Shown: positions 12,531-25,830 of the stretch, one piece after another | How the letters are laid out: every line of letters begins with the position of its first letter | Position numbering within the stretch: position 1 is the stretch's first letter | Source: Cetorhinus maximus | Taxonomy: Eukaryota | DNA: 64,000 bases | Assembly (NCBI RefSeq): GCF_964194155.1 | Contig: NC_135894.1 | Span: forward strand, 5,952,001 to 6,016,000 | Reading direction: 5' to 3' | The notes under the pieces: generated by a model | What the model was told of the DNA's origin: nothing | What the model saw: only the letters and a program-made list of their open reading frames with translations | The model's database searches: none | Translations under genes and position numbers: made by a program

Positions 12531-13010
12531 CGTCTTTCCAATTTTACATTACCATTGAACTCTTGTTTGCTCATGGGATCTAATCTTCAACTGCTCAATT
12601 AGGTCTTATTTCTCTTGCTTCTTAATTCTATAACCTTTGACATCTCGACATCTGTGCTCATACTCCTGACTGCAGTTTGCAAGCTTTAAGGATCAGAAAT
12701 CATAGCTTTCCTTCAATGGCATTCGAAACAATCAGGATTGATTTTAAGGTAGCCTATTAAGGAGCAACAGATCTTATGTGATACCTGGGGAAAATAGACC
12801 TGACAAGCAAACAGCACATGAGATTTGAGAGCTGTTCAGCGATCCAGTGAACAAATGACCCAATGGATGCTGACATCTGGAGCTTGTGATGAACAAATTT
12901 TCGACTGTAGTTGAAGTGTTCGGAAAACCTTCCAATGGTCTTCTTCCATCTTCCTTGGAATTTCTCGATATGTGCATCCGGAAACCGCGTGATGAGAAGA
13001 GCCACCTGCC
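12531..13010 (-). pseudogene. Possible TRIM (B-box/coiled-coil) exon remnant
   Basis: Across frameshifts: SEHFNYSRKFVHHKL, CQH...CAVC...YHIRSV, then E/K/Q-rich coiled-coil-like codons ending at a GTGAGT donor near 12530. Confidence 0.25.
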
Positions 13011-13249
13011 TCCGTGCTCTTAATACACTTCAATTCTATGATTTGGTTTTTTAGCCTGTTGAAAATTATGAAAGTATAGGCACCCATTAACTCGAAACAC
13101 AAGTGTGTAACTTCATACCGATCTCACCTGTGAGATTTCCGCTTGTTGATAAACTTTCGCTTCTATTTACTCATCGCATAGTGAGGCTGAATGTTACCAC
13201 ATCAACTTACGGATGGGCAGTTATAACAAATTGTTCATGCATTTGTTTG

Positions 13250-13500
13250 CGATCATGTGGCTCAGTTGGTAAAACCCCTTTCATTGAACAGGTGAGCCCC
13301 AGTTTCAATTCCAACCCCAGGCAGTAATGGCCATGACAATGTTGTTCAACGTAAATCTTATTCCATCCTCAGTACCATCCTCTAAAATGGAGAAAGATAA
13401 TTGATAATTTCCCCAAAAAGAATAAGGTCATGGTCTGTTTCTGCAATCTCACTGGTATGGATTTGTCATTTGAGGCATAAAACGTTGTGCTCGGGGAAGT
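13250..13500 (+). mobile_element. tRNA-headed SINE remnant
   Basis: A-box TGGCTCAGTTGG and B-box-like GTTTCAATTCC, followed by a body resembling Deu-SINE sequence. Confidence 0.45.
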
Positions 13501-14049
13501 AGCGGGTTGGGGGTTGTGAGTATTTCAGAAGGCTTATCAAGTGAGGTGTGGTAAATATCGGTTATATGATAGCATGCAGGAACGGAAGGGCTCCAGTGTT
13601 CATTTTTTAACCACACTTACGTCAGTTTAAACAAAGTGGAGAACAATAGCAGAAGGGAGAAAATGTAAAGATGTCAGCCAAGACGAAGAGAAGGAAGGGA
13701 CTTGATCCCACCAACCAGTCGACGCCTCCAAAGTCAGAATCGGAGAGGGAGTTAGCGAAATGGAGTGACACAACTTGACAAGGGGAATAAAATAGCGACA
13801 CACTCAAAAAATTGTATTCGAAATTGTCCGTCATCTCCCCCATGCATGGTTTCCAGCACCTTGTGCTGTGGCTATCATTTTTAAAAATGGGACTTTCAGT
13901 GAAATGGCAAAAACTAACTAAAGTGAGTTACTTGTGACTATGCATTCCAAACTTAAACTAATGCAGAACCCGAATGATAATATAGGCAAAAAGCTGATAC
14001 AAAATCTCAAAACAATCTCAGAAGACGGAATTAAAATAAGGCCGTGGCC

Positions 14050-14290
14050 ATATGATAATATTAGTGGACCAGTTATCCAGAATCCCATGTTAATGATTTG
14101 GGGATTTGAGTTCGAATGGGGCATGGTGTGGTGGAAAATTCAGTTCATAAAATGTGGAATTGAAAACTAGTCACACAAATAATGATGATTAAAATGTAAT
14201 CAAATGTTGCAAAATCACAGTTGGTTCATTAATGTCCTTCAGGGAAGAAAATCTGCCATACGTACCGAATTTGACAGACATATGATGGAG
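14050..14290 (+). mobile_element. HE1-type elasmobranch SINE fragment (present only in duplicate copy 1)
   Basis: ggaattgaaaactagtc...ggttcattaatgtccttcagggaagaaaatctgcc matches the HE1 core; absent from the paralogous position near 22190. Confidence 0.7.
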
Positions 14291-14299
14291 GAGTGTCTC

Positions 14300-16430
14300 T
14301 GTTGATTACCGACGATGATAACAAGACACAGAGGGAAATCAGTATTTGGAACGCATTTGGGAAGAAGTGAAAATGATAAGTTGAAGTATTCACTTTTGGA
14401 AGTGGTGTTCAGAATCTGGGCAGTAATAGGTAGGGCAAAGTACTAAACGTCAAATAACGAGTTCATATCTAAAAGGCCGAGCGTAATTCATGGAGGATAC
14501 TCATCTACATAAACTGTAACGATCTGATCAACAAATGGGGCGCAGCTGAAGGATTCATAGAATGATTTCCGGATAGCAGCATTGGACGTTCGGGATCCAA
14601 CTATAGTGCAGCCCTCAACCTGGTACTTTGTAATAAGACAGTATTAATTAAATAGTTCATTATGAAGGCGCCCTAGGTAGACTTGATCAAAACATTACTG
14701 AATTTAACACTCAGTTTGATGGAATAATTGGTGTAGCAAACAAGCATTTTAAACGTAGGTAAGCACAATGATGAGGGCATGAGTGCAGATGCAGCTAAAG
14801 CGAACTGTTAAATGAGGTTAATGAATAGGTCAATAGAAATGCAGCAACATACAGTTAAAGGGATATTTCAGAATACACAGAATACCTTCTTTCCGACAAG
14901 AAAGGAAAAAAGAAAAAAATCAAGCCGTGGGCCCACCAATACGTGGCTAACTAATAAAAAAAAAAAATAAAGACAATATCAATCTTAACGGGATGAATAA
15001 CTAAAGCACTTAACGGTGCAAATGCTGGTGGGATGTCCGAAGATCGGTGAGATTGTAATGAATATGAAGGAATGCCAAAACAGATGAATAAGGGTGGAAA
15101 CATTAAAGTATGGGGGTAACCAAGGTGGAGACATACAGAGCGTGGTAAGAAATTCTATAGATTTCCAGTAAGAAAATAATTAACTAAGTAAGCGTTGGTA
15201 CTATGAAAAGGAAGCCTAGGAAATTATGAATTGAAAATAACGGAGCCGGCAAAGTAACTGAACAAGTGATTTGTATTGCTCATCACTACAGATGATGCAC
15301 GCAACATTCCAGAAATACCTGTAAATCAGGGAGCAGAATGGCAGAGTTGTGGCTCTGAGCAAATGTTGGGGGCTGCGTCCTGACAAGCGCCAGGTCCAGA
15401 TGAACTTAATCTCCTGCGGCCCTACAATAAGTGGCGAGGGAGATAATTTATGCGTTGGTTTTATTTAGTTCAAAATGCCGATGATAATGTAACTTTCCAT
15501 TCGATTTGAAAATAGGGATTGGAACTCGTTAATTACATTGGGTGCGGGGGGCGTGATTTATGGAGGGAGGAAGGCAGTGCAGGAAGCAGGGAAATAAAGG
15601 ACAGTTAGATTAACTAGAGGAAATATGTTATGACAGCGCACTGAACAAATAAACAATGCAAACAGGCGGATTCATCATAGTTAAGTAGATCGGAAATCCT
15701 CTTTAACAAAAATCAGTGGATTATTTTCAAGACATGTGCTGCGTATAAAGGTGCACGGTGGATGCACCGTACTTTAGTGCAACAATTAGTTATGAAAGCT
15801 AACAGAATGTTATCGGTTATTACTGTGAGAATTTAATACTAATGTAAGAATGCTCCAATTGTACAGGGAGCTGGTGAGGCCACAACTACAGTATTCTGTA
15901 CACTATTGCCCTCCCTATTTTTGGAAGGATGTACATGTGCTGGAAGCAGTTAAGAGACGGCTAAATAGGTAAATGCCAGGAATGGGCAGGTTGCCTTCTG
16001 AGGCAACATTTGACAGACTTGGCTGCATCCACTGGAGCTTAATGCGTAATAGGTGGTTTGATTGAAATATTTAAGATCCAGAACAGTGTTGCCAGGATGG
16101 ATGTGGAGGTTATCATTCCTCTTGTTGGAGTATCTAGAACTAGGGGCCACAGTTTAAATTAAAGGGAACACTCGGTAAAGATAGAGATGAAGAAAACGTT
16201 TTATCTTCTCTCAGGGCAAGTGAGACCTTTACTCCCCTTCCTCAAAAGAGAGTGGAAGCAGTGTATTTTCGACATTTGTTAATGCTGAGTTAGATAAATG
16301 CTTGCTGAAGTTGGGGGTGAACTGTTAACGGCAGTAAGCCGGAGGTTAATTCAGATCAGCAGTGACCTTACTGAATGTCGGAGAAGGATCGAGGGGCAGA
16401 GTGGCCAACTCCTGCTACATTTCACTTAAT
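14300..16430 (+). mobile_element. Old CR1 LINE (endonuclease to 3' UTR), heavily decayed
   Basis: Motif remnants LVRPQLQYSVHYCPPY and gaaggatgtacatgtgctggaagcagt, plus a CR1 3' UTR; paralogous to 22200-24240. Confidence 0.8.
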
Positions 16431-18734
16431 TTTTATTCTAACTGTTCGTACGCATGCTCGTTTGTTATTGTTAATTAACGAAGGAATGGAATAACGGTAC
16501 AGTTTCAGATCCAGCAAGTAAATAGTCAGAATCAACTTCCGCTTGAGGGCTACCACAAGGAACAATGTCGATCGATCCATTTACCTTTATACAATTATCA
16601 CCAAACATTTTTAACAAACGTAAAACTTCCTCAGGTTGTTGCATGTTAAAACGTCTTATGCAAAGAAAATTTCAGCGGAGTAGAAATATCAGTATACTAA
16701 AATAACGATTTCAGGAAAAAAACCTCCTTCTTTCTTTCAGCTTAAAACAAATCTAAACGGACAGAAACTCCCATTGATTCATGATCGCTGGTGTAAGGTA
16801 TTAAAATATGATTAGTGCTAGCCCTCATTGCAACTCTGCACTGATATATACTCCCAGTAAGGCATGGCAACTGGGGTCAGGTGCACAAGTCTGTTTCGTG
16901 ACAAACACTCAGTAAATTTGACAGTGGCAAATAATTACTACATACATATGCACAACGTACTCTATCACTGATTGTAAGATTCCAGGGCAGTGCACGAAAT
17001 TTGATTATGTTATAATATAGTCCTGCTTGAAGTTATAAAGCTTCCGTGTGTTGATCAGTCAAGGAGTGGCCCATCATTTTATTGATGCTGCCGATTTCTG
17101 TCTGTTCTCAGTCTCTTTGCAAGACGTCAACTGTTGAAAACTATTTCACTTTGTAGTTTTCGGCCACTTGATGAGTCATGCTATGGGCCATGCGGAATTT
17201 TTTGGCTTGATCTTGAAAGAGCTGGAAATTTTGGGTCTATCAGGGACCATGTAGAGAAATATAAACATTGTACCAGGTGCTGCCGTAGACTTAGTTTATG
17301 GAGTGAATTCTACGTATGCAGGTCGGCGCTATCAAATACACATGACCAATGTACATCCCAGTGAGCAAATGAGAAGGAGGAATTTAAAGTTTACAGTACA
17401 CGGGGCTAGTATTCTACAATACTCACCAGTGAAGGGAACCATTCCTGTATCAACTGCGAGTCGAATTATTCAATGTTCATCATTGTTGTACAAAGGTGAA
17501 CATATCACTATTGTATTCACAAAAGCATGCAGACAGTAGCATCTTCATGTTAGACTTGAACCGCACAATATCCATAGGCAATGATGGACATATTTTCTAT
17601 TACTGCCTGTATCAGTTGTGCCGTTTATCGCCAGTGGGATCGTTAATGAACTTAAAATCTGGGCCTTGAAATGTTTCAATTTCCCTCGACAATGTGTCCA
17701 GTTAATAAAATTAAGTGATAGAATTATGAAGTGTTCGGGCAAACCTGCATGGCTGAACATGTTTGATTAATAATGTAACAATTGCCGTTCGCCATGATTC
17801 GTGATTACGTCTCTCGATGGCTTATCTCTGTTATTAATAAGAACTTCGTGGAAATTTAACTCTCCTATAATGTCCCTGAGAATATCATCTCTGTACCTGA
17901 TAGATGACAGGTTCCCTACAGAGAACAGGAGATTTCAGAAGCATTTCAGAACAACATTATGAAATAATATAAATATGAACATTGAAATTGCATGCAATGT
18001 TTTAGGAATTGAGATATCTGTGGCAGGTCTTGGTTTCTGGAAGTTTCTGGAACAGTAACACTACATGGAATGATTGCGTAAGAGCAGCAAGTGAATGAAA
18101 AAAAAACGGCTTCAAGGTTGGAATGGAATACGCAAATCAATTCAAAGAATCATTCGTAAACGATTGATGAGTTTCTGCAGAGGGTGCCACATGACTTGAT
18201 ATATTGAATCTAACAGAATACGTGCGCAGTGAAGGGAAAAGGACGTCTCTGTCTGCAGTGAACTCTGGAAGGATAGGGAAAAGAAAAATAAAGTTGGTGG
18301 CGATGTTGTTCGGGGTATGATGACAATTCTACAGGAGAGCAATTTCGCAGAGCAATGATCGGCTAAGTCAATATAGTCATATAAGCAGAAATAGCAATAT
18401 AAAGTAGTTCGGCCGGTTTTATAGATTCCAGGATAACACGCAGCATATTATAGAGTTAATTTATCATCAAACTTCAGTGACATGAATCATTAACCGGAAA
18501 CAATACCGGGGGCTTTAATTTAACAAAGTACAGAGTGGGGAACGTCACAACCAAAGGAAAGGAGGGTGAAGGATTCCTAAATTCTCTTGAATATAAGCTG
18601 CTTAATCAATAAGTTAGAAGCAGCTTGAGGAATGATCAAATGTTCGATGCAGTTCTACGTAATGAAGTCGCACAAGTTTTTCTTGTTTTTTTAGACGAAA
18701 ACATTCGGTGGAATTAAAAAATATATACAAAGAA

Positions 18735-21395
18735 CAACAAAGAACAAAGAAAAATACAGCACAGGAACAGGCCCTTCGGCCCCCCAAGTCTGCGCCGATC
18801 ATATTGCCCGTCAAATAAAAACTTTGCACTTCCGGGGTCCGTATCCCTCTATTCCCATCCTATTCATGTATTTGTAAAGTTCCCTCTTAAACACCACTAT
18901 CGTACGTGCTTCCCCAACTCCTCTGGCACCGAATTCCAGACATTCACTACCCTCTGCGCAAAAAACTTACTCCGCACATCTCCTCTAAAGTTTTCTCCTC
19001 TCACCTTAAGTCGATGTCCCCTAGTAATTGACTCTTCCACTCAGGGAAAAAGCTTCTGACTATATAATCTGTCCATGCCACTCATAATTTTGTAAACTTC
19101 TATCAAGTCGCCCCTCAATCTCCGTCGCTCCAGTGAGAACAATCCGAGTTTCTCCAACCTCTCCTCATACCTAATAACTTCCAGACCAGGTAGCATCCTG
19201 GTAAACCTCCTCTGCCCCCTCTCCAACGCCTCCATATCCTTCTGGTAATGTGGCGACCAGAATTGCACGCAATATTCCAAGTGTGGCCTAAACAAGGTTC
19301 TACACAGCTGCAGCATGACTTCCCCGCTTTTATACTCAATACCACTGCCGATGAAGGCACGAATGCCATATGCCTTCCTGACTAGCTTTTCCGACCGGGT
19401 TGCCACTTTCAGTGACCTGTGGACCTGTAGACCAAGGTCCCTCTGCCCTTCGATGCACTTAAGGGTTCTGCCATTTACTGTATAATTCCTGCCTGTATTA
19501 GATCTTCCAAAAATTATTACCTCGCATTTGTCCGGTAAAATCCCACCTGCGAATTCTCCGCCCAAGTCTCCAACCGATCTATATCCCGTTGTAGCCTTTA
19601 ACAATCCTCTTCACAATCTGCAACTCCTCCAACCATTGTGTCGTCTGCAAACTTACATATTAACCCAGTTACATTTTCCTCCAAATCATTTACATATACT
19701 ACAAACAGCAAAGGTCCCAGCACTGATCCCTGCAGAACTCTACTAGTCACAGCTCTCCATTCAGAAAAGCACCCTTCCACTGCTACCCTCTGCCTTCTAT
19801 GACCAAGCCAATCCTGCATCTATCTTGCCAGATCACCTCTGATCCTGTACGACGTTGCCTTCTGTAACAGTCTGCCTTGATGGACCTTGTCAATGGCCTT
19901 ACTGAAATCCATGTGGATAACATCCACTGCCCTTCCATCCTCCATCATCTTTGTCTCTTCCTTTAAAAATTAGGTCAATTTGGAGATACATAAACTCCCT
20001 TTCACAAACCCATGCTGCCTCTCACTAATACGCCCATTTGCTTCCAAATGTTAGTAAATCCTCTCACAAAGAATCTTCTCCAATAATTCCCCTGCCACTG
20101 ACGTAAGGCTCACCGGCCTGTAATTTGCTCGGTTAGCCCTGCTACACTTCTTGAACAATGGAACAACATTTGCATTTCTCCAGTCCTCTGGGATCTCAAA
20201 AGTAGCCAGTGAGGATACAAAGGTTTTTGTCAAGGCCCCAGAAATAGTCTCCCTTGCCTCCCTCAGTACTCTGAGGTAGATCCCATCCAATCCAAGGGAA
20301 TTATCGACCGTAATATTATTCAAGACGCCTAAAAGCTCCTCTTTTTTGATCTCAACATGATCCAGGCTATGTACACACTCTTCCCTAGACAAATCGACGG
20401 CTAAGTCCTACTCTTTGGTAAATACAGATGAGAAATACTCATTTAGCATCTCTCCCATTTCTCCTGGCTCCACACATAAATTCCCACCTCCGTCCCTGAC
20501 TGGGCCTACCCTTTCCCAGGCTCCTGCTTTTTACATATGTATAAAGGGACTTGAAATTTCCTTAATTCTGGTTGCCAGTGACTTTTCATGACCCCTTTTA
20601 GCCCTCCAGACAATTGCATAAATTCCTTCCTACTTTATTTATATTCTCCACGGGCTTCATCTGTTCCTAGCCTTCTTGACCATACGAATGCTTCCCTTTT
20701 CGTTTTGACTAATATCACAATATCCTTCGTTATCGAAGGTTCCTGAAACTTGCCATACGTATCCTTCATCCTCGCAAGAACATGCCAATCCCGAATTCTA
20801 ATCAACTGACGTTTGAAAGCCCCCCACATGGCCATTGTTGATTTGCCCTCAAACATCCGCCTCCAGTCTCGATTCCTCAGTTCCCATCTAATATTATTAC
20901 AATTAGCCTTCAATTAAGCACATTAAACCGAAGACTCCTATTATCCTCATCCACCAGCACCTTTAAACTTACTGAATTATGGTCACTTTTCCCGAAATGC
21001 TCCCCTACTGTAACTTCGACCACCTGGCCTGGTTCATTCCCTAATACCAGGACCAGTATTGCCCCTTCCCTAGTTGGAAAATCTACATATTGCCTCAGGA
21101 AGCCCTCCTGGATGCACCATACAAATTCTGCACCATCCAAACCTCTAGCACTAATTGATTGCCAGTCAATATAAGGAAACTTAAAATCACTCACCATACA
21201 ACCCTATTGCTTTTACATCTTTCCAAATCTGTCTGCAAAACTGTTCCTCAATCTCCAGGCGGCAGTTGGGTGACCTATAGTTAAACCCAACATTGTGACT
21301 GCACCTATCCCGGAGCTCTGCCTATATTGCCTCGCTGCATGAGCCCACCGAAGTCTCCTCCTCTTGTATAGCTGTGATATTCTCCTTAACCAGCA
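18735..21395 (-). mobile_element. Relatively young CR1 LINE, most of ORF2 (APE endonuclease + RT) and 3' tail
   Basis: DFKFPYIDW and SDH (APE), WRNANVVPLFKK..NYRPVSLTS, QGSVLGPLLF, KFADDT, RPHLEYCVQFWSP; (caaagaa)n 3' microsatellite tail at ~18730-18750. Several stops and frameshifts. Confidence 0.97.
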
Positions 21396-22034
21396 ATGTA
21401 ATCTTAATTATATTGGCTTTGAAATAGTGCTCATTGGATGACCCTGTGACATTTTCAATCGCTGAGAAGAAAGAAGAGCCCAGTTTGCACAAAAAGTTAC
21501 ATACTCAATGGGGATAGTGACTTCCCTGGTGCTGAATAATTGCATGTATCATGAAACATATTTTCTGCACATGTTCAATTGGGAGATGCCTTTTCTAACT
21601 TGAATCTTCCTTCCCCTTTCTGCTGCAGACAATTCCTCTGCATTAATCTCTGAGGTGAATCATTCCCAGAGCCATTAACATATATCATGTGGAATCTCCA
21701 TAGGATTTTGGAGATTGTAACATTTTTTCACTTTTTATTAAAATGTACAAATGCATTACAACAACTACCCAAAACCCCCTTTCTTAATTAAACTTTGCAC
21801 TGAAAGCAAATTGTACATTTCAAAGCGCAATATTTTAATAACTTTAGAATGGAAGCTGAATTCTGATAGGAAAGGGAGAAAATGAATCATCGCTCCATTT
21901 GCTGCATCTCATACTCTTTCATTAATGCCCCTAGCTCGACTTTGGGCATTCAGTGATCTAATTCAAAATCGCCCGGTATCTCTTCCTGCATGTTCTCCTG
22001 AACCTTGGCTGTGACTGACCTCTGTATCTGTGGA

Positions 22035-25000
22035 CATTGAATGAAATGGCAGGAACTAACTAAAGCGAGTTACTTGTGAATATGCATTGAAAACATAAAC
22101 TAATATAGAATCTGAAAGACATTCTAGGCAGAAAGCTGATACAAAATTAGAAAGCAGTCTAAGAAGATGTCAGTAAATGAAGGATGCGCCGAGAGATAAT
22201 GTCACACGGGAGGGAAAAGTACTAAATAATATACAATGACAGCTTATCAGAAAGGCCCAGCGAAATTTTTGGACGATTTTAATCCAAATAAGCTGGACGC
22301 ATCTGATGGGCAATTGGAGCCTAGGTAGTGAATTTCTACAATGCTTTCGGTATAGTTTCTTAATAGAGCACGTTCCGAGGTCATCTATACTGCAGCCTGT
22401 GCTCGACCTGGGTCTGTGAAATGAGAGAGGATTAAATAAATATATTTTAGTGAAAACGCTCTAGGTAGCTACGATAATAATTTGATTGAATTATACACTC
22501 CGATTGGGGGAAAGAAGGGCTGTCTAAGGCGAACATTTTAAACATAAGTAAGTGCAATTATGAGGGAACGAACGTAGAAATAGCTGATGGGAACTGGGAA
22601 AGGAGGCTCATGAATATGCAATAGAAATGCAGCAGCAGATATTTAAAGGTATATATCACAATACACAAAATTGAAACATTCCAACGAGAAAGAAAAATAA
22701 AGAACAAATTCAATCTGTGGACCAATAATAAATTTAAAAAAAACATTTGAAGACAATGTCAAACTTAAGGAAAACAACATAATGTGCAAAGGCAGGTGAC
22801 ATGTCAGAATATTAGAAAGGATGTAAAGAACATGAATGAATAACAAAATAGATGAACAAGGAGAAAAACGATAACGTATGAGAGAAGCCAATATCGAAAT
22901 ATGAAGCGGGTAGTAAGAATTTAGGTAGATACTCAAATATGATGAGAGTTAACTAAGTTAGCCTTGTTCATATAGAACGTGGGTCTCCGAAACTAATAAT
23001 CAAAAACCATGCAGACCTACACAAGTATTTGGCATGTGCCTTCATTATGGAGGATGCAAGTAACATCCCAGAAGTTTCTGTAAATCAGAGAATAGGACGG
23101 ATGGAGCAACTCATGAAAATTGCAATGAGCAGGGTTGTTGTTCTGAAGAAATCTTTAGAGCTGCAGTCTGACAGCGCCCGGGTCTTGATGTAATTCACAT
23201 GAGTGCAGTTAAATAAGTGGCTAGTGAGATCATGGATGTATTGATTTTATTTTGCTCAACATGTCCGTCATACGGGAAGGTTCCAGTTGATATATAAACA
23301 GCGAAGTTAAGTTACTTATACCAATAAGAGTCATTTCGCGGAAGGTACAGGAAGCAGAGTACTATTGGGCAGTTAAGTTAACAGAGGGAAACTGTTAGAA
23401 ACTATTACTGAAGATTCTATGGCAGGGCACTTGGGAAAAATCAAGGCAATCAGGCAGAGTCAGCATGCTTTTGTGCATGGGAAAACTTGTTTAACCAAAT
23501 TATTGGACTATTTTGTAGAAGTAACATGTGCTGTGGAAAAGTGGAAAAGGCGAATGTACTGCATTGTGGTAGAGGAAGTAATTATGAAAGCGAACAGAAG
23601 GTTATCGGTTATTGTTAGAAGAACTGGATACTAATGATGGGAGCTTATGCTTCACCTCCTCAGGACACTAGTGAGACAAAACTGGGGAATTATGTACAGT
23701 ATCGGCCTCCTTATTTAAAGAAAGATGGAAATGCCTTAGAAACAGTTAAGAGAAGGTTTAATAGACTAATGACAGAAATGGGCTGGCTGCCTTCTGGGGA
23801 GCGATTCGACAGTGTTTGCTTGTATCCATTGGAATTTAGAAGAACAAGCGATGACTTGATTGCAACGCTGAAGATCCTGAGCGGTCACCACAGGGTGGAT
23901 TTGCAGAATATGTTTCCTCTTGAGAGAGCATCTGGAACTAAGAGTCACTGTTTAAAATTTAGGGATCCACCTCTTATAGATCGAGATGTGAGAACATGTA
24001 ATTTTTTTTTCCACACAGAGCAGTGAGAATTGAATTCGTCTCCCTCAAAAGGGATTGGAATCAGTGTAATATGAGTATGTATTTAAGGCAGAGGAATAGG
24101 ATGATAAATAGTTTTAAAACAAGTGGGTGAAAGGTACGATAGGAAGCCAGAGGTTATTTCAGATCAGCCATGTTCTTAAAGAATGATGGTGCAAGAACGA
24201 GGGGCAGAGTGGTCTACTCCTGCTCAATTTCGCATTCTTTTTTGTTATTGTTCGTTCCTATGTCCGCATGTTAATTATCATAAAAAGGGAATACCGGGAT
24301 AGTTCCAGAAACTTGTAATTAAATAAGCAGCATCATCCTCTGCAGGAGTTCAATAAGGGACAATGTCAACGATACATTTACCTTGATACACTTATCACTA
24401 AACATTTTTAACAAACATGAAACTTCCTCCAATTGACACATTTTAAATTGTCTTAAATATAGAACATTTCCATGGAGTGGAGAGATCAGTAAGCTAAATT
24501 AACGATTTCAGAATAAAGCCTGCTTTATTCTCTCAATTGGCACAAGTCTACACCGCCACAGCCTCCCATTAGCCAATGGTCACTGGTCTCAGGTATTTCA
24601 ACTCTGGTCAGTGCTAACACTCATTTCAACTCTGCACTGACATATCATCTAAGTAAGGCATGGCCACTGGGGTCAGGAGCTCAACTTGGTTTCGCAACAA
24701 ACACTCTGTGAAATTGACACTGGCAAATCAATTCTGCATACATACCGACGACGGATTCCAAAACTGTTTGCAAGGTTGCACGGTAGTGCACGAAATTTTA
24801 TCATGTTATTATATAGTCTCGCTTTAACGTATAAATCTTTACATGTTGTTCAACAAAGGCCGGCGCATAATTTTATTGATGGTGCTGATTTATGTTGGGC
24901 TTCAGCCTGTTTGCAAAAGGTCAAGTATTAATAACTCTTTCAATTTCTGTTTTTCTGCCAATTGATTGTTTGAGTCACAATGTGAGCTTTGCTTAAATGT

Positions 25001-25830
25001 CTTTCTTGATCTTGAAACAGCTAAAATAATGCATTTGGCAGGAACGTTTGTAGAGAAACGTACATATTGCGCCACTAGGAACCGCTGGCTTAGCTTATGA
25101 ATGCTTTATAAAGGTGGAGGTGGGCATTATGGTATAAATGTGACCAATGTACATTCTAGTGATCGAAAGAGAAGGAGGAAATTGCTCCATAAAATTTGCT
25201 AGCGCAACGGGCAGTGTTCTACAGTAGGGAACCATTATTGTATTCATTATGATGCAAAATATTCAATGTTCATCATTGCTCTGTGAAGGTGAACACTGCA
25301 CTACTGTTTTCACAAAAGCAAATTGCATTCCAATCAACATGATACCTTTGAACCCCACACCACCCTTCGGCGATGATGCACATCGTTTCTCTAATTGCAT
25401 TATTCCTTTGTGCAGTTTTCGCCATTGAAATAGTTAGCGAATTTTAAATCTGGACCTTGATTTTTTTTTTACAATTTCCGTTCACAATGTATCTGGTTAA
25501 CATTATTAGGAGTTACGGGTCACAAAGTGTCAGGACAACCATGGATTGCTGAACTTGTTTGATAAATGATGTAACTACTGTAGTTCCCTTGAATCGTGAT
25601 TGTGTCTCTAGATTGTTTAAATCTGATATTATTGACAACATCGTGACAATTTAACTCTTTCTCCCTGTCCGTGAGAACATCAGCTCTATATCTGTTAGTT
25701 GACAGGGTCCCTGAAGTGTAGAGGAGGTTTGAGTAGCATTTCAGAACATCATTATGGAAGAATATAAACTCGTACAATCAAATTACATGCACCGTTTTTA
25801 GGAATTGAGATATCTGGGTGTCTGGGAGTT
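22035..25830. repeat. Segmental duplication, copy 2 (paralog of 13900-18040)
   Basis: See copy 1; same order of unique segment, old CR1 and unidentified coding-like segment. Confidence 0.9.
22200..24240 (+). mobile_element. Old CR1 LINE
   Basis: ORFs IRQSQHAFVHGKTCLTKLLDYF and PYLKKDGNALETVKRRFNRL...LYPLEFRR..DLI. Confidence 0.9.

Larger units (their letters stand above)
13900..18040. repeat. Segmental duplication, copy 1 (paralog of 22035-25830)
   Basis: Colinear similarity throughout, e.g. aactaactaaag.gagttacttgtga.tatgcatt, aaacatttttaacaaac, caactctgcactga, gaccaatgtacat, ttaggaattgagatatctg. Confidence 0.9.

Noticed and set aside
24640-24720. ELLTPV as the herpesvirus major capsid CExxxTPV motif
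   Set aside because: Too short and lacks the following YF..P.NPRGR; not usable as evidence of identity.
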